Source: Dehalococcoidia bacterium UBA5748 (GTDB lineage: Bacteria; Chloroflexota; Dehalococcoidia; Dehalococcoidales; UBA5627). From it: a DNA stretch of 55,446 nucleotides. Shown one piece after another: positions 1 to 9,040 of the stretch. A program made the position numbers and the translations under genes. The notes beneath the pieces are model-generated. The model worked only from the letters and a program-made list of their open reading frames with translations. It searched no databases and was not told the origin of the DNA. Where the stretch lies: contig DIFM01000027.1 in assembly GCA_002419135.1 (NCBI GenBank), positions 1 to 55,446 on the forward strand. The letters are read 5' to 3'. The number at the start of each line of letters is the position of its first letter. Position 1 is the stretch's first letter.

Positions 1-1
1 T

Positions 2-937
2 GGACTTTTTCAGAGTTTCCTTAAATCGGTAGCATCGGTTTGGATACTGGTAATCATTTTTATCGCCTGCTACGTTTTGATGACTTTAATACGCCCTACG
101 CTTTCCACAGTGGTAACCGATTTAGCAGAGCGGGATAAACTGACCAAAGCCTACGGGCTTTTAAAGGCAGGCATCAATGTCGGCTGGGCATTGGGGCCTG
201 CTATCGGCGGTTATTTTCTGACAATTGTTACTTATGAATGGTTATTCGGCTTAGCAACATTAACTGCCTTAATACCTTTGCTGATAACAGCCTTTTTACT
301 GCACGAAAGCCTCGAAAACAGCGATGAAAAGGATATCATCGGCATTAAGAATATCGGCAAAGTAGTTAAAAACAGCAATTTTATGATGTATATTATCATC
401 ACTTTTCTGCTTTTAATCGGATTCGGACAAATGGTAAGCACTCTTTCGGTTTATTCTGTGGATTTTGCCGGCTTCACAACTGCTCAATACGGCTCGCTTT
501 TAACACTTAACGGCATTATAGTGGTGCTTTTGCAGTATCCGATGGCATCTATAACAAGTAATAGACCCAAATATAAGGTGCTGATTACGGGCAGCTTACT
601 GGTATTTGCAGGGCTGATTACATTTTCATGGGTCGGCAGTTATACGCTGGCTGTTTTAGCGATGGTTATGTTGAGCTTCGGAGAAATTACCTTTTCGCCG
701 ATTGCGCTTTCGGTGGTCAGCGATATTGCCCCGAAAAGGCAGCGCGGTTTATATATGGGTACCTTCTCCTTAAGCGAAACGCTCGGGCATGCCACCGGCC
801 CCTTTGTCGGCGGCATACTGATGGATATTTTCCCCAAAGACCCGATATTTATCTGGGGAGGATTGGGTGCCTTTGCACTGGCCGCCGCCATCGGGTTTCT
901 GTGGTGGGGAAAGAAGTTTTATAAGACGCCTGTATAA
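2..937 (+). CDS. MFS-type transporter, C-terminal part (5' end lies outside the window)
   Basis: The frame is open from the window edge (no stop from position 2). The protein is a run of hydrophobic helices with a basic loop (DIAPKRQRGLYMG) typical of MFS permeases. The track start at 77 is only the first in-frame start codon. Confidence 0.65.
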   Translation, partial: GLFQSFLKSVASVWILVIIFIACYVLMTLIRPTLSTVVTDLAERDKLTKAYGLLKAGINVGWALGPAIGGYFLTIVTYEWLFGLATLTALIPLLITAFLLHESLENSDEKDIIGIKNIGKVVKNSNFMMYIIITFLLLIGFGQMVSTLSVYSVDFAGFTTAQYGSLLTLNGIIVVLLQYPMASITSNRPKYKVLITGSLLVFAGLITFSWVGSYTLAVLAMVMLSFGEITFSPIALSVVSDIAPKRQRGLYMGTFSLSETLGHATGPFVGGILMDIFPKDPIFIWGGLGAFALAAAIGFLWWGKKFYKTPV

Positions 938-1039
938 AGAGCTGCAATTCCATTTAAAGACTATATCTTGACAGCATTTCTCGTTCCCGACTGATTGGGA
1001 CTTCCACCAAGGAAGCTTTTTTGGGGTACAGACTGGTTA

Positions 1040-1480
1040 CAATGGTAACAGTTTAGTATTGGCAGGACAATGATATGTTCCGCTCGCCCTGAGTCCCGAT
1101 GTATCGGGAAAGGGTCTGTAGAGCGGAACAATAATAAAATTAATTTTTCTCGCCGCTATGGATTCGACAGGCTTCCTTCGATTAACTCAGGACAGGCACC
1201 ACGAGCGGCTTGAGTCGTCCTTTTAACAGTTTAACCTATGTGCCGGTTGCACATCCGACATATCGGGATGACGGATGAGGTACGTAAGATATGACCGCCA
1301 CGAACTCAGCATGTCAAAACATCGTCGTTGCGAGCCCCGATTTATCGGGACGAAGCAATCCCTACAGTACCATCTAATTACCACGCTACGCATATATATA
1401 ATAAAAGCGTAGTCTCGACGATATTGAACGGTAGAGATTGCCGCGTCGTTCGTTGTACACTCACTCCTCGCAATGACAGC
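1040..1480. repeat. Cluster of short palindromic REP/MITE-like intergenic repeats
   Basis: Hairpin cores CCCGATGTATCGGGA (1095-1109), CCGACATATCGGG (1255-1267) and CCCGATTTATCGGGA (1336-1350). A perfect 9-bp inverted repeat GTTCCGCTC/GAGCGGAAC flanks the first core. The 21-nt stretch GACCGCCACGAACTCAGCATG (1293-1313) recurs exactly at 24895-24915. Confidence 0.7.
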
Positions 1481-2590
1481 TTAAAAATCCATTACGAATC
1501 TGCCGTTTTTGTGCAGCAGGTCGCCGTCAACACGGATTTCTCCGCCGTTTCGCAGGTCGCAAATCATATCCCAGTGAATCGCCGATTCATTTTTGCTGCC
1601 GCTTTCCGGATAACCCGCCCCCAGTGCCATATGAAAACTGCCGTTAATTTTCTCATCAAAAAGAATTTCGCCGGTAAACCTGTTGATATTGGGGCTGGTT
1701 CCGATGGCAAACTCGCCAAGTGTGCGCGAGCCGGCATCCGTATCCAGCATTTTAAGCAGGTAATCCTCGTTCTTTTCGGCACTGGCTTTTATAACCTTGC
1801 CGTTTTCAAACCATAACCTTACTCCGGTAACCTCTTTCCCGCCCTCGATGGCCGGATAAGAAAAATAAACATGGCCGTTAACACTGTCTTCAACCGGGCT
1901 GGTAAATACCTCTCCGTCCGGCATATTATAGCGTCCGTCGCAATTTATAAAAGGACGCCCTTCGATACTCAACGTCAGCTCGGTTTCCTCTCCCCTGATG
2001 TAGACGAATTTTTTACCTTCCAGCCAATCTATAATATTTTGCTGGCGTTTCGAGAAACGCTGCCAGTAGCCTACCGGGTCTTCCATGTCGGGTAGACAGG
2101 CTTTATAGACAAAATCTTCATATTCGGAAAGGCTCATTTCAGCATCCTGCGCATAAGCACTGGTGGGAAAAATCGTATAAACCCAGCGAAATTGTCCGTC
2201 GGCGGAACGACGCATCTGCGTTTTCATCAGTTCGGTTCTGGCTTGATGACGAGTTACCATTCGCAACGGCTCCACACTGCTTAGAGCCTTGGTGTTTGAA
2301 GTAGCGCCGATAGCTATGGAAACGTCGTAGTTATCAGTGATTATCTTTTCGGGCTCGTGGATAAACTTCAACTGCTCGTCGGAAGCATACTTGTAGAAGA
2401 CTTCAGCTAATCCTTCCGGCTCTAAAAATACTATCGGATGTCCGCCGGCTTTTAATACCTCGGCATAGACAGCTTTTACCAGCGGTGCAGCCGCATAATC
2501 ACCCCGTATTTTTACCTTGTCACCCTTCTGTACCGTTACAGAGTAATTAACTAAAAGTTCAGCCATTTTTTCTATTCGAATATCTTTCAT
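1481..2590 (-). CDS. Aminopeptidase, M29 (AmpS/PepS/aminopeptidase T) family
   Basis: 369-aa ORF. The N-terminus (EKMAELLVNYSVTVQKGDKVKI) and overall length match thermophilic-type M29 aminopeptidases. Confidence 0.75.
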   Translation of the reverse strand: MKDIRIEKMAELLVNYSVTVQKGDKVKIRGDYAAAPLVKAVYAEVLKAGGHPIVFLEPEGLAEVFYKYASDEQLKFIHEPEKIITDNYDVSIAIGATSNTKALSSVEPLRMVTRHQARTELMKTQMRRSADGQFRWVYTIFPTSAYAQDAEMSLSEYEDFVYKACLPDMEDPVGYWQRFSKRQQNIIDWLEGKKFVYIRGEETELTLSIEGRPFINCDGRYNMPDGEVFTSPVEDSVNGHVYFSYPAIEGGKEVTGVRLWFENGKVIKASAEKNEDYLLKMLDTDAGSRTLGEFAIGTSPNINRFTGEILFDEKINGSFHMALGAGYPESGSKNESAIHWDMICDLRNGGEIRVDGDLLHKNGRFVMDF

Positions 2591-2857
2591 AATCGCACCC
2601 CTAAAATTCTGCTAAAATATTTATATATTCTATACCAGTCCCAGATATAAATGCCACTTGCAATCTGTATAACGAAAGAATACAATATCATCCATTCTGA
2701 TAATTTCAGTTGCGGACAAACCTATTTTACATTTAGAAAAAAACATCTATAATTAAATTATCAGGTATTGAATAATAAAATATTTAATCGAAAAAAATAT
2801 AAAAGTCGAAGGTACAGTTATGTACCCAAAAGGTAAAAAGGAGTATGGAACAAACAG

Positions 2858-4192
2858 TTGAAGACAAACTTAAAAACAATTAGTAGCAGTAATTCTTTGG
2901 ATACCCTCTCGGATAGCTACAACTGCGAAGGTGATGACGAACCACCCAGTAGCAGTGACGACTCAGAGCCTCCCCAATGCATCCCCGCATCTAACAGAAT
3001 CAAACTTTTCGGGACAGTTCCCGATAAAGATTGGAACGATTGGAAGTGGCAATTCCGCAACCGTGTAACCTCAGTTGAGCAGCTGTCCAAGTATGCCCCG
3101 CTGTCCGCTACAAGGTATGCCGAAATAAACACAGTAACTAAGACTTATCCGTTGTCTATTACTCCTTATTATCTTTCACTTATGGATTTAAATAATCCGC
3201 AAGACCCGGTTGCCATGCAGGCTATTCCTTCCATCGAAGAAATAACCGTCAGATATACCGGTGTTGAAGACCCCCTTGAAGAAGAAAGGGATTCGGTCGT
3301 GCCCGGACTGGTACACAGATACCCTGATAGAGTACTGATGGTACTCACCGACATCTGCCCGATGCTTTGCCGTCATTGCACACGCAAACGTGAATGGAAA
3401 AACGGAGACTGGGTACGCACACCGGACGATATAGAGAAGATGTTGAACTACATCCGCGGCAATACAAACATCAGAGACGTCATTTTATCCGGCGGTGACT
3501 GTCTGACCCTTTCAAACAAACATCTGGCAAATGTCATTCACAGTTTAAGACAAATCAATCATGTAGAAATCATTCGTATCGGCACTCGCTTCCCGGTAGT
3601 CCTGCCGCAGCGCATCGACAGCGAGTTCTGCGATATACTTTCGGAATATGGCCCTATATGGTTAAACACCCACTTCAATACCGTAAACGAGATAACCCCG
3701 GAATCGGCTGCCGCTGTCGACCGCATTATTCGTGCCGGCGTTCCGGTAAATAACCAGAGTGTGTTGATGCGTGGTATTAACGACACCGTTGAAAAGCAGA
3801 CCAGGTTATGCCAGGGATTGTTAAAAATTAAAGTGCGCCCTTATTACCTCTTCCAGTGCGATGAGGTACAGGGAACCGACCACCTGCGTACCTCCATAGA
3901 TACCGGTATCAAGATTATCGAAGGCATGCGCGGTTTTACTTCCGGGCTGGCTATCCCCAACTTTGCTGTAGACCTGCCTCAAGGAGGAGGTAAGATAACA
4001 CTTCAACCGAATTACATTGTTGCCAGAAGTGAAAAGGAAATCCTGTTTTCAAATTACCGGGGCCGTATGATTAACTGTAACAATGTATCGGCAGACCAAC
4101 CGGTACAAACTTACCCTGCTCCCGAAGCAATACCAGACAAACTCATTTATAATTTGCCAGAGGTAATGGATGCGGATCGGGTTATCATTTGA
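2858..4192 (+). CDS. kamA: KamA-family radical-SAM/PLP amino acid 2,3-aminomutase (lysine-type substrate pocket)
   Basis: CPMLCRHC radical-SAM CxxxCxxC motif, the DWNDWKWQFRNR N-terminal motif, and the GGGK PLP-lysine motif. Asp is retained in FQCD and in AVDLPQGGGK. TTG start, preceded by GGAG at 2840-2843. Confidence 0.85.
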   Translation: MKTNLKTISSSNSLDTLSDSYNCEGDDEPPSSSDDSEPPQCIPASNRIKLFGTVPDKDWNDWKWQFRNRVTSVEQLSKYAPLSATRYAEINTVTKTYPLSITPYYLSLMDLNNPQDPVAMQAIPSIEEITVRYTGVEDPLEEERDSVVPGLVHRYPDRVLMVLTDICPMLCRHCTRKREWKNGDWVRTPDDIEKMLNYIRGNTNIRDVILSGGDCLTLSNKHLANVIHSLRQINHVEIIRIGTRFPVVLPQRIDSEFCDILSEYGPIWLNTHFNTVNEITPESAAAVDRIIRAGVPVNNQSVLMRGINDTVEKQTRLCQGLLKIKVRPYYLFQCDEVQGTDHLRTSIDTGIKIIEGMRGFTSGLAIPNFAVDLPQGGGKITLQPNYIVARSEKEILFSNYRGRMINCNNVSADQPVQTYPAPEAIPDKLIYNLPEVMDADRVII

Positions 4193-5174
4193 CCTCAAAC
4201 CGGATAAACCCCCGGTTAATGAATATATAGACGACTCCATGGAGGAATACGACTCCATGGAGACCGTCAATCTTATTAAATCCTCTATCGAAGCCAACGG
4301 ACATCCGGTAACACTGCTTGGCGGAGGAAAAGCTTTCCTCGACAATATACGCAGGGAAAAAGTGGATTTCGTATTCAATATCGCCGAGGGGCAGGGAAAC
4401 TACCGCAGCCGCGAATCGCAGGTTCCGGCTATTTTAGAGATGCTGGATATACCCTATTGCGGTTCGGACCCGTTATGCCTCGGCATATGCCTCGATAAAG
4501 AATTGACCAAGAAAATAGTCGCCATGGAAGGGGTAGTGACACCCAAATGGCAAATGATTTCAGATATCAAACAGTTACACTCGATTGACTGGAAAGGTTT
4601 CAAATTTCCGCTGATGATAAAACCGGCGCACGAGGGTTCCAGCAAGGGCGTCAGGCTGTCATCGGTGGTAATGAATGTGGAAGAGCTGGAAACGGAAGCC
4701 AAACGTCAGTTCGAAGGCTATAATCAAGCTCTTATGGTAGAGGAATTTATCGGCGGAGATGAGATAACCATAGGCATTACCGGAAATGAACCTGTTGGAG
4801 TGCTGGCGATAATGCGAGTGCTTCCGAGGAAAAAGACGGAGCATTTTATTTATTCCATCGAGGTCAAAAGGGATTATCTGAAGCTGGTGGATTATGATTG
4901 CCCGCCGAAACTTGACGAGCAGGTTATTAAAAAGCTGGAAGATGTCAGCCTCAAGATATTCAAAATACTGGGATGCCGCGATTTTGCCCGCATTGATTTC
5001 AGACTTGATAACGATGGAAACCCCTATTTTCTGGAGATAAACCCGCTGCCCGGACTGGGTAACCACAGCGACCTGGTACTTATGGCTTATATGATGGGTA
5101 TTTCGCATGAAGAATTGATAAATAAGATACTGACAGCAGCCTTAAAAAGGTATTCGACATGCCTGCCACAATAG
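4170..5174 (+). CDS. ATP-grasp ligase, D-alanine--D-alanine ligase-like (copy 1)
   Basis: 334 aa with Ddl-like organisation: a pre-ATP-grasp domain, then PLMIKPAHEGSSKGV and a C-terminal FLEINPLPG motif. It overlaps the kamA stop by 23 nt. Confidence 0.8.
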   Translation: MRIGLSFDLKPDKPPVNEYIDDSMEEYDSMETVNLIKSSIEANGHPVTLLGGGKAFLDNIRREKVDFVFNIAEGQGNYRSRESQVPAILEMLDIPYCGSDPLCLGICLDKELTKKIVAMEGVVTPKWQMISDIKQLHSIDWKGFKFPLMIKPAHEGSSKGVRLSSVVMNVEELETEAKRQFEGYNQALMVEEFIGGDEITIGITGNEPVGVLAIMRVLPRKKTEHFIYSIEVKRDYLKLVDYDCPPKLDEQVIKKLEDVSLKIFKILGCRDFARIDFRLDNDGNPYFLEINPLPGLGNHSDLVLMAYMMGISHEELINKILTAALKRYSTCLPQ

Positions 5175-6166
5175 CAGTTATTTACAATCAACCCGCCGCA
5201 AGCCCCTACTGCGATAGAAACGAGCAGGCTGCCGAAGACGGCGTTTTGATAGAAACGGCTGCCGTGGAAAAAGCGCTTAACTCGCTGGGATACTTGACTT
5301 CCAAAATCCCTTTGACATTGCCGCTGGAGCAGGCTTTCAGTAAACTGTCGCGGATAACAGCCGACATTGTTTTTAACCTTTTTGAGGGATTTAGCGGCTT
5401 TCCCGAAACGGAAGCCCTGATAGTAAAACAACTGGAATCGCTTAAATTGCGTTATACCGGTTCTCCGTCGACAGCACTGAAACTGGCTCTGGATAAGGCA
5501 GCTACCAAAACATTATTACAACAGGAAGGCATTCGTACCCCCGCTTTCCAACTGCTGGACGAAGCAACGCTCTGTGATTTTAAACTTAATTTCCCCTGTA
5601 TCGTCAAGCCAAATGCCGAGGATGCCAGCCACAGCTTGAATGTTAAAAGCGTAGTCTATGATTACGATTCATTAAAGAAAATGGTTTCTGAAATCAGTGA
5701 GATGTACGGGGAAAAAGCGCTGGTGGAAGAATATATCGACGGACGCGAATTCAATATGACGGTAATGGGTAATGACATTCCGACCACATTACCGATTTCT
5801 GAAATATGTTTTTCATTACCGGAGGATACACCAAAAATACTCAGCTATGAAGCCAAGTGGGAAACCGAAAGCATCTATTACAAAGGGACACTCCCGCATT
5901 GCCCGGCAGATTTGGAGCCCGATACCGATAGAAAAATCATCGAGGCGGGACTAAAAACCTATACCCTTACCGGCTGCTCGGGATATGCCAGAATAGATAT
6001 GAGAATGGATGAACATGGAAATATGTATGTTTTGGAGGTTAATCCCAACCCCGATATTTCCCCCGATGCCGGAGCCGCCATTCAAGCAGCAGCATCCGGC
6101 ATGAGTTATAATGACTTTATACAGAACATTATGCAACTGGCTATGGAGAGGGACTTTGGTTATTAA
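5159..6166 (+). CDS. ATP-grasp ligase, D-alanine--D-alanine ligase-like (copy 2)
   Basis: 335 aa with CIVKPNAEDASHSL and VLEVNPNPD ATP-grasp motifs. It is a divergent paralogue of the upstream gene and overlaps it by 16 nt. Confidence 0.8.
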   Translation: MPATIAVIYNQPAASPYCDRNEQAAEDGVLIETAAVEKALNSLGYLTSKIPLTLPLEQAFSKLSRITADIVFNLFEGFSGFPETEALIVKQLESLKLRYTGSPSTALKLALDKAATKTLLQQEGIRTPAFQLLDEATLCDFKLNFPCIVKPNAEDASHSLNVKSVVYDYDSLKKMVSEISEMYGEKALVEEYIDGREFNMTVMGNDIPTTLPISEICFSLPEDTPKILSYEAKWETESIYYKGTLPHCPADLEPDTDRKIIEAGLKTYTLTGCSGYARIDMRMDEHGNMYVLEVNPNPDISPDAGAAIQAAASGMSYNDFIQNIMQLAMERDFGY

Positions 6167-6638
6167 GATACGCAAACTGAAAAAGGAAGATAAACCGGCT
6201 TTAATGGATATTCTTCATAACACCCCCGAGTTCACAGCGGATGAGGTAACCATAGCCGAAGAGGTTATCGACGGCTCGCTGGATAATCCCGGTAAATCGG
6301 GCTATTTCTCACTGGCTGCCGAGAATGATGAAGGAGTTTTTACCGGCTTTATCAGCTACGGACCGGTACCGATGACTCAATATGCCTGGGATATTTACTG
6401 GCTGGCAGTCAGGCGCGAATTTCAGGGACACGGCGTAGGAGCCGCTTTACTGAAAGCCGCCGAAGAAAATATAGTACAAGCCGGCGGCAGAATGGCATTC
6501 ATTGAAACTTCCGGTAAAGCGCAATACGATAAAACGCGCCGTTTCTACCTTACCAACGATTATAAGGAAATCTGCGACCTCCCCGATTTCTACGCCCCGG
6601 GTGATAACAAAGTTATATATCAAAAGATTCTGGGGTAA
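6156..6638 (+). CDS. GNAT-family N-acetyltransferase
   Basis: Acetyl-CoA binding motif (REFQGHGVGAALLKAAE). The track ORF starts at 6111 inside the upstream gene. A TTG at 6156 gives MVIKIRKLKKED and an 11-nt overlap, but the start remains uncertain. Confidence 0.75.
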   Translation: MVIKIRKLKKEDKPALMDILHNTPEFTADEVTIAEEVIDGSLDNPGKSGYFSLAAENDEGVFTGFISYGPVPMTQYAWDIYWLAVRREFQGHGVGAALLKAAEENIVQAGGRMAFIETSGKAQYDKTRRFYLTNDYKEICDLPDFYAPGDNKVIYQKILG

Positions 6639-6904
6639 ATAACCTGCAAACTATTTGAATATTTATTATTGATTGAAAATATAATAATCATAGCATGTAC
6701 CAATGATAAGATATCAATTCATTCGTTGCGATTAAAAAGCGTAACAAGACTTAATAATGGACTTTAATTCTATAACGAATGTGAATAAACCTATTATTTT
6801 ACTAACCTTACTGAAGTTATTTCGTTATACTATTAAAATACCCTGTCGCATGTGATATGATATAAGGGAAAGGATAATAACTAAATCCGGTTAACGGTGG
6901 ATTT

Positions 6905-8227
6905 ATGCCGAATTTCAGCCATATATTAAAAAAAATATGCGAAAGACTAAGTAAACACGCTCAAAAAACACCTTTTTGGGTCATTATCCATATTGTACTT
7001 TTCCTTGGTGTTTTCCTGCTATGGACTCATGTATTTTGGGATTATCTAGGCCCCAGCCCCGGAGCGGTCGAAAAAAACATTGTTCTCTTGATAATGGACG
7101 GGCAAATTCCCTATGTCGATTTCGAATGTGAATATCCGCCGGTGGCTTTACTCCTTTTCATAATACCGGGGTTGTTTTTTAGGGCATTACCGGAATATTA
7201 CATTGCCTTCACCGTAGAAATGCTGCTTTTCGATTTACTGGCTGTCTTCTTAATTGCCTTCATAGCTAAAAGAATTAACATTTCAAAAGTTAAAGCCCTA
7301 ATCTCATATACCCTTTTAATTGCCATTGCCGCCGGTCCGATAGTAACCCATCGTTACGACCTGGCGCCGGCCGTTATGACGCTGGCTGCAGTGGCTGCCT
7401 TTCTGGCAGGTAAAAATAAGACCGCCTGGGGAGTGCTGGCACTGGGGGTAATGGCAAAGATTTTTCCGATCGTTGTAGCTCCGCTTTTCGTAATCTGGCT
7501 ACTAATAAAGGGCCAATATATGCGGCTTTTTAAAGGTATCGCCGCTTTTACAGGAGTTGTTTTGTTGACAATAATTCCCTGGCTTATTATGGATGCCGGC
7601 TCTTTGAGTTCATTCCTTACCTATCATATGGATAGAGGATTACATGCCGAGAGCACTTACGGTTCCTTTATTATATTGGGGCAACACTTCGGATGGACCA
7701 GTGTGGAATGGGATTTCAGCTTCGGCTCGTTTAATATCACATCCGGGCTGGCGGATAATCTGGCAGATGCTTCCTTCTATATTATGGGACTCGCTTTAAT
7801 ATTTGCGTATGCACTGTTTACCTATCAACTCCGCAAGCAGGAAATTACTAAATTAGGCACAGACGATACACAGATTGCGCAGGAAACCCTGCTTGTTCGC
7901 TATGTTGTAATCTCGGTACTGGCATTCCTGCTCTTCAATAAGGTGTTTTCAGCACAGTATATGGCATGGTTCTGCCCGTTGATACCGCTACTTAACATAC
8001 GCTTTAAAAACCTCATTGTTGCACTGCTGCTGATTGCCGGAATATTTACGATATATATCTACCCCTTCAATTATTTAGAGTTCGAATATTACGAGAGCCT
8101 CCCGGTTCTGCTGATGGCAAGCCGCAACCTGCTGCTTATTATCGTTTTTCTACTGGTATTTTGGGGCAAAAAACCACGAGAAAAGAACATACAGGAAAGT
8201 AGTGCGAATATTGTTGTTCCGACTTAG
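6905..8227 (+). CDS. Polytopic membrane protein, GT-C-like (DUF2029/GT87-type) glycosyltransferase candidate
   Basis: 440 aa with about 10 or more predicted TM helices and an early loop (DFECEYPPVALL) like polyprenyl-phosphate-sugar-dependent transferases. The family assignment is from memory only. Confidence 0.5.
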   Translation: MPNFSHILKKICERLSKHAQKTPFWVIIHIVLFLGVFLLWTHVFWDYLGPSPGAVEKNIVLLIMDGQIPYVDFECEYPPVALLLFIIPGLFFRALPEYYIAFTVEMLLFDLLAVFLIAFIAKRINISKVKALISYTLLIAIAAGPIVTHRYDLAPAVMTLAAVAAFLAGKNKTAWGVLALGVMAKIFPIVVAPLFVIWLLIKGQYMRLFKGIAAFTGVVLLTIIPWLIMDAGSLSSFLTYHMDRGLHAESTYGSFIILGQHFGWTSVEWDFSFGSFNITSGLADNLADASFYIMGLALIFAYALFTYQLRKQEITKLGTDDTQIAQETLLVRYVVISVLAFLLFNKVFSAQYMAWFCPLIPLLNIRFKNLIVALLLIAGIFTIYIYPFNYLEFEYYESLPVLLMASRNLLLIIVFLLVFWGKKPREKNIQESSANIVVPT

Positions 8228-8252
8228 AAAACGGTTTTTTTTACGGGATTGA

Positions 8253-8960
8253 ATGCTTATGAAATGTTTATTTTTAGCCAGCGGTTTCGGCACCCGCCTG
8301 TATCCATTAACCCAAAAGACAGCTAAATGTTTGCTACCTTATAAAGGCAAACCGGTTATCAGCCACATTGTAGAAAAAATACCGGACGGAATCGATATTT
8401 CTGTTACCGTTAACCGCAAATTCGCCTCGCAGTTTGAAGATTGGCAAAATAAACTCGACAGACCTGTTGATTTATGGGTAGAACCGGTTGATAACGAACA
8501 GCAGATGCTTGGGGCTATCGGTTCGCTGAATTACTGGATTAAAGGAAATAACATTGATGATAACCTGCTGATAATTGCCGGCGATAACTATTTCAGCAGT
8601 GACCTTTCGGGATTTCTATCCGCTTTCGATTTAAAAGATACAATAATCGCCCTATATGACGTCGGCAATAAAGAGGAAGCACGGCAGTTCGGTAGTGTCA
8701 GGTTAGAAGGTACTAAAGTAATTGAACTGACAGAAAAGTCTGCAAATCCGCAGTCCGGCCTAGTATCTACTGCCTGCTACGCTTTCCCATCGCGCATTAT
8801 TCCCCTGCTTGATGACTATTGTAAAAATGTTAAGAGGGATAACCTGGGGAGTTTCATAAGCCATCTTGTAAAAATAGACTCCGTGCAGGGTTACATTCTT
8901 GACGGTTTATGGTTTGATATCGGCAGCGCCTGGCAAAAAATATCCGATATCGACGAATAG
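8253..8960 (+). CDS. Sugar-phosphate nucleotidyltransferase (NTP_transferase family)
   Basis: N-terminal LASGFGTRLYPLT (GxGTRLxPLT) signature and a 235-aa single-domain size. The start could be 8253 or 8259. Confidence 0.75.
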   Translation: MLMKCLFLASGFGTRLYPLTQKTAKCLLPYKGKPVISHIVEKIPDGIDISVTVNRKFASQFEDWQNKLDRPVDLWVEPVDNEQQMLGAIGSLNYWIKGNNIDDNLLIIAGDNYFSSDLSGFLSAFDLKDTIIALYDVGNKEEARQFGSVRLEGTKVIELTEKSANPQSGLVSTACYAFPSRIIPLLDDYCKNVKRDNLGSFISHLVKIDSVQGYILDGLWFDIGSAWQKISDIDE

Positions 8961-9040
8961 TTTTTGTCCTGCCGACTGTATTCCTATATAATTTAATATG
9001 TAAGTGGGCTTTCTCAAAGCAGCTTATCGAGGCAAATAGT

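Noticed and set aside
1040-1480. Possible CRISPR array, because of the recurring palindromic units
   Set aside because: The repeats are not identical in length or regularly spaced. The units are heterogeneous, copies are scattered across distant loci, and no cas genes are present.
1328-1816. 162-aa plus-strand ORF
   Set aside because: Its first half is a translation of the REP-like repeat cluster and its second half is antisense to the M29 aminopeptidase.
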